32,000 nucleotides of DNA, from the NCBI GenBank assembly GCA_028275885.1, contig JAPWTW010000002.1, positions 53,256-85,255 of the forward strand, written 5' to 3'. The translations under genes and the position numbers were made by a program. This DNA comes from Candidatus Nanopusillus sp. (GTDB taxonomy: Archaea > Nanobdellota > Nanobdellia > Nanobdellales > Nanobdellaceae). Below the pieces are notes generated by a model that did not search any database, had not been told where the DNA came from, and saw nothing but the letters and a program-made list of their open reading frames with translations. This document shows, one piece after another, positions 31,952 through 32,000 of this stretch. Each line of letters opens with the position of its first letter. Within the stretch, counting starts at the first letter, position 1.

Positions 31952-32000
31952 ACTTTATAAATTTTTTTATTATTATATGTAGATTAATATAAGTAAAGAA

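Noticed and set aside
1-32000. CRISPR arrays, IS elements or transposases, integrases, toxin-antitoxin pairs and rRNA genes.
   Set aside because: I found no regularly spaced direct repeats, no transposase or integrase-like ORFs, no long terminal inverted repeats and no rRNA-like GC-rich kilobase segments anywhere in the window.

Overview
This is a very AT-rich, tightly packed archaeal chromosome segment. Two 60-nt samples I counted by hand gave about 15% GC in the 10.5-12.7 kb gene and about 37% GC in the AOR gene. The two tRNAs are about 70% GC. I support about 45 protein genes, 2 tRNAs (Gly-UCC, Ala-GGC), 2 recently broken genes, 1 candidate box C/D sRNA and 1 unexplained GC-rich island. 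Many neighbouring genes overlap (ATGA or TAATG start/stop overlaps, TTAA shared convergent stops), and spacers are mostly under 140 nt.

Most of the content is information processing: r-proteins S4e/L5/L6/L32e/L37ae/S19e/L7Ae, Rpo7, Spt4, RpoP, a fused PriS-PriL primase, DNA ligase, GluRS, GatD, aEF-1beta, deoxyhypusine synthase, prefoldin beta and Pcc1. Cell division genes (FtsZ, SepF) and a few enzymes (tungsten-type AOR, NMN adenylyltransferase, nitroreductase) are also present.

Several features together point to a hyperthermophilic, genome-reduced Nanoarchaeota-like (DPANN) organism; this is inference only:
- a stand-alone reverse-gyrase topoisomerase half
- the single-chain primase
- a fragmented r-protein operon
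- GC-rich, CCA-less tRNAs in an AT-rich genome

The best candidate for an undescribed system is the operon at 9.3-14.0 kb. It encodes an FtsK/HerA-superfamily ATPase followed by a 737-aa Asn/Tyr-rich, sequon-dense surface protein and small prepilin-like proteins. No PilB/PilC-type or NurA/Mre11/Rad50 partners are nearby.

Other points worth a second look:
- in-frame TAA codons in uppS and in the P-loop of a COG1373 ATPase
- a CDS that reads antisense through tRNA-Gly
- a 17-nt direct repeat operator-like pair upstream of AOR
- tandem ATGATGA boxes on the L7Ae start codon
- the 19915-20055 spacer, which holds a GC island and a C/D-like RNA
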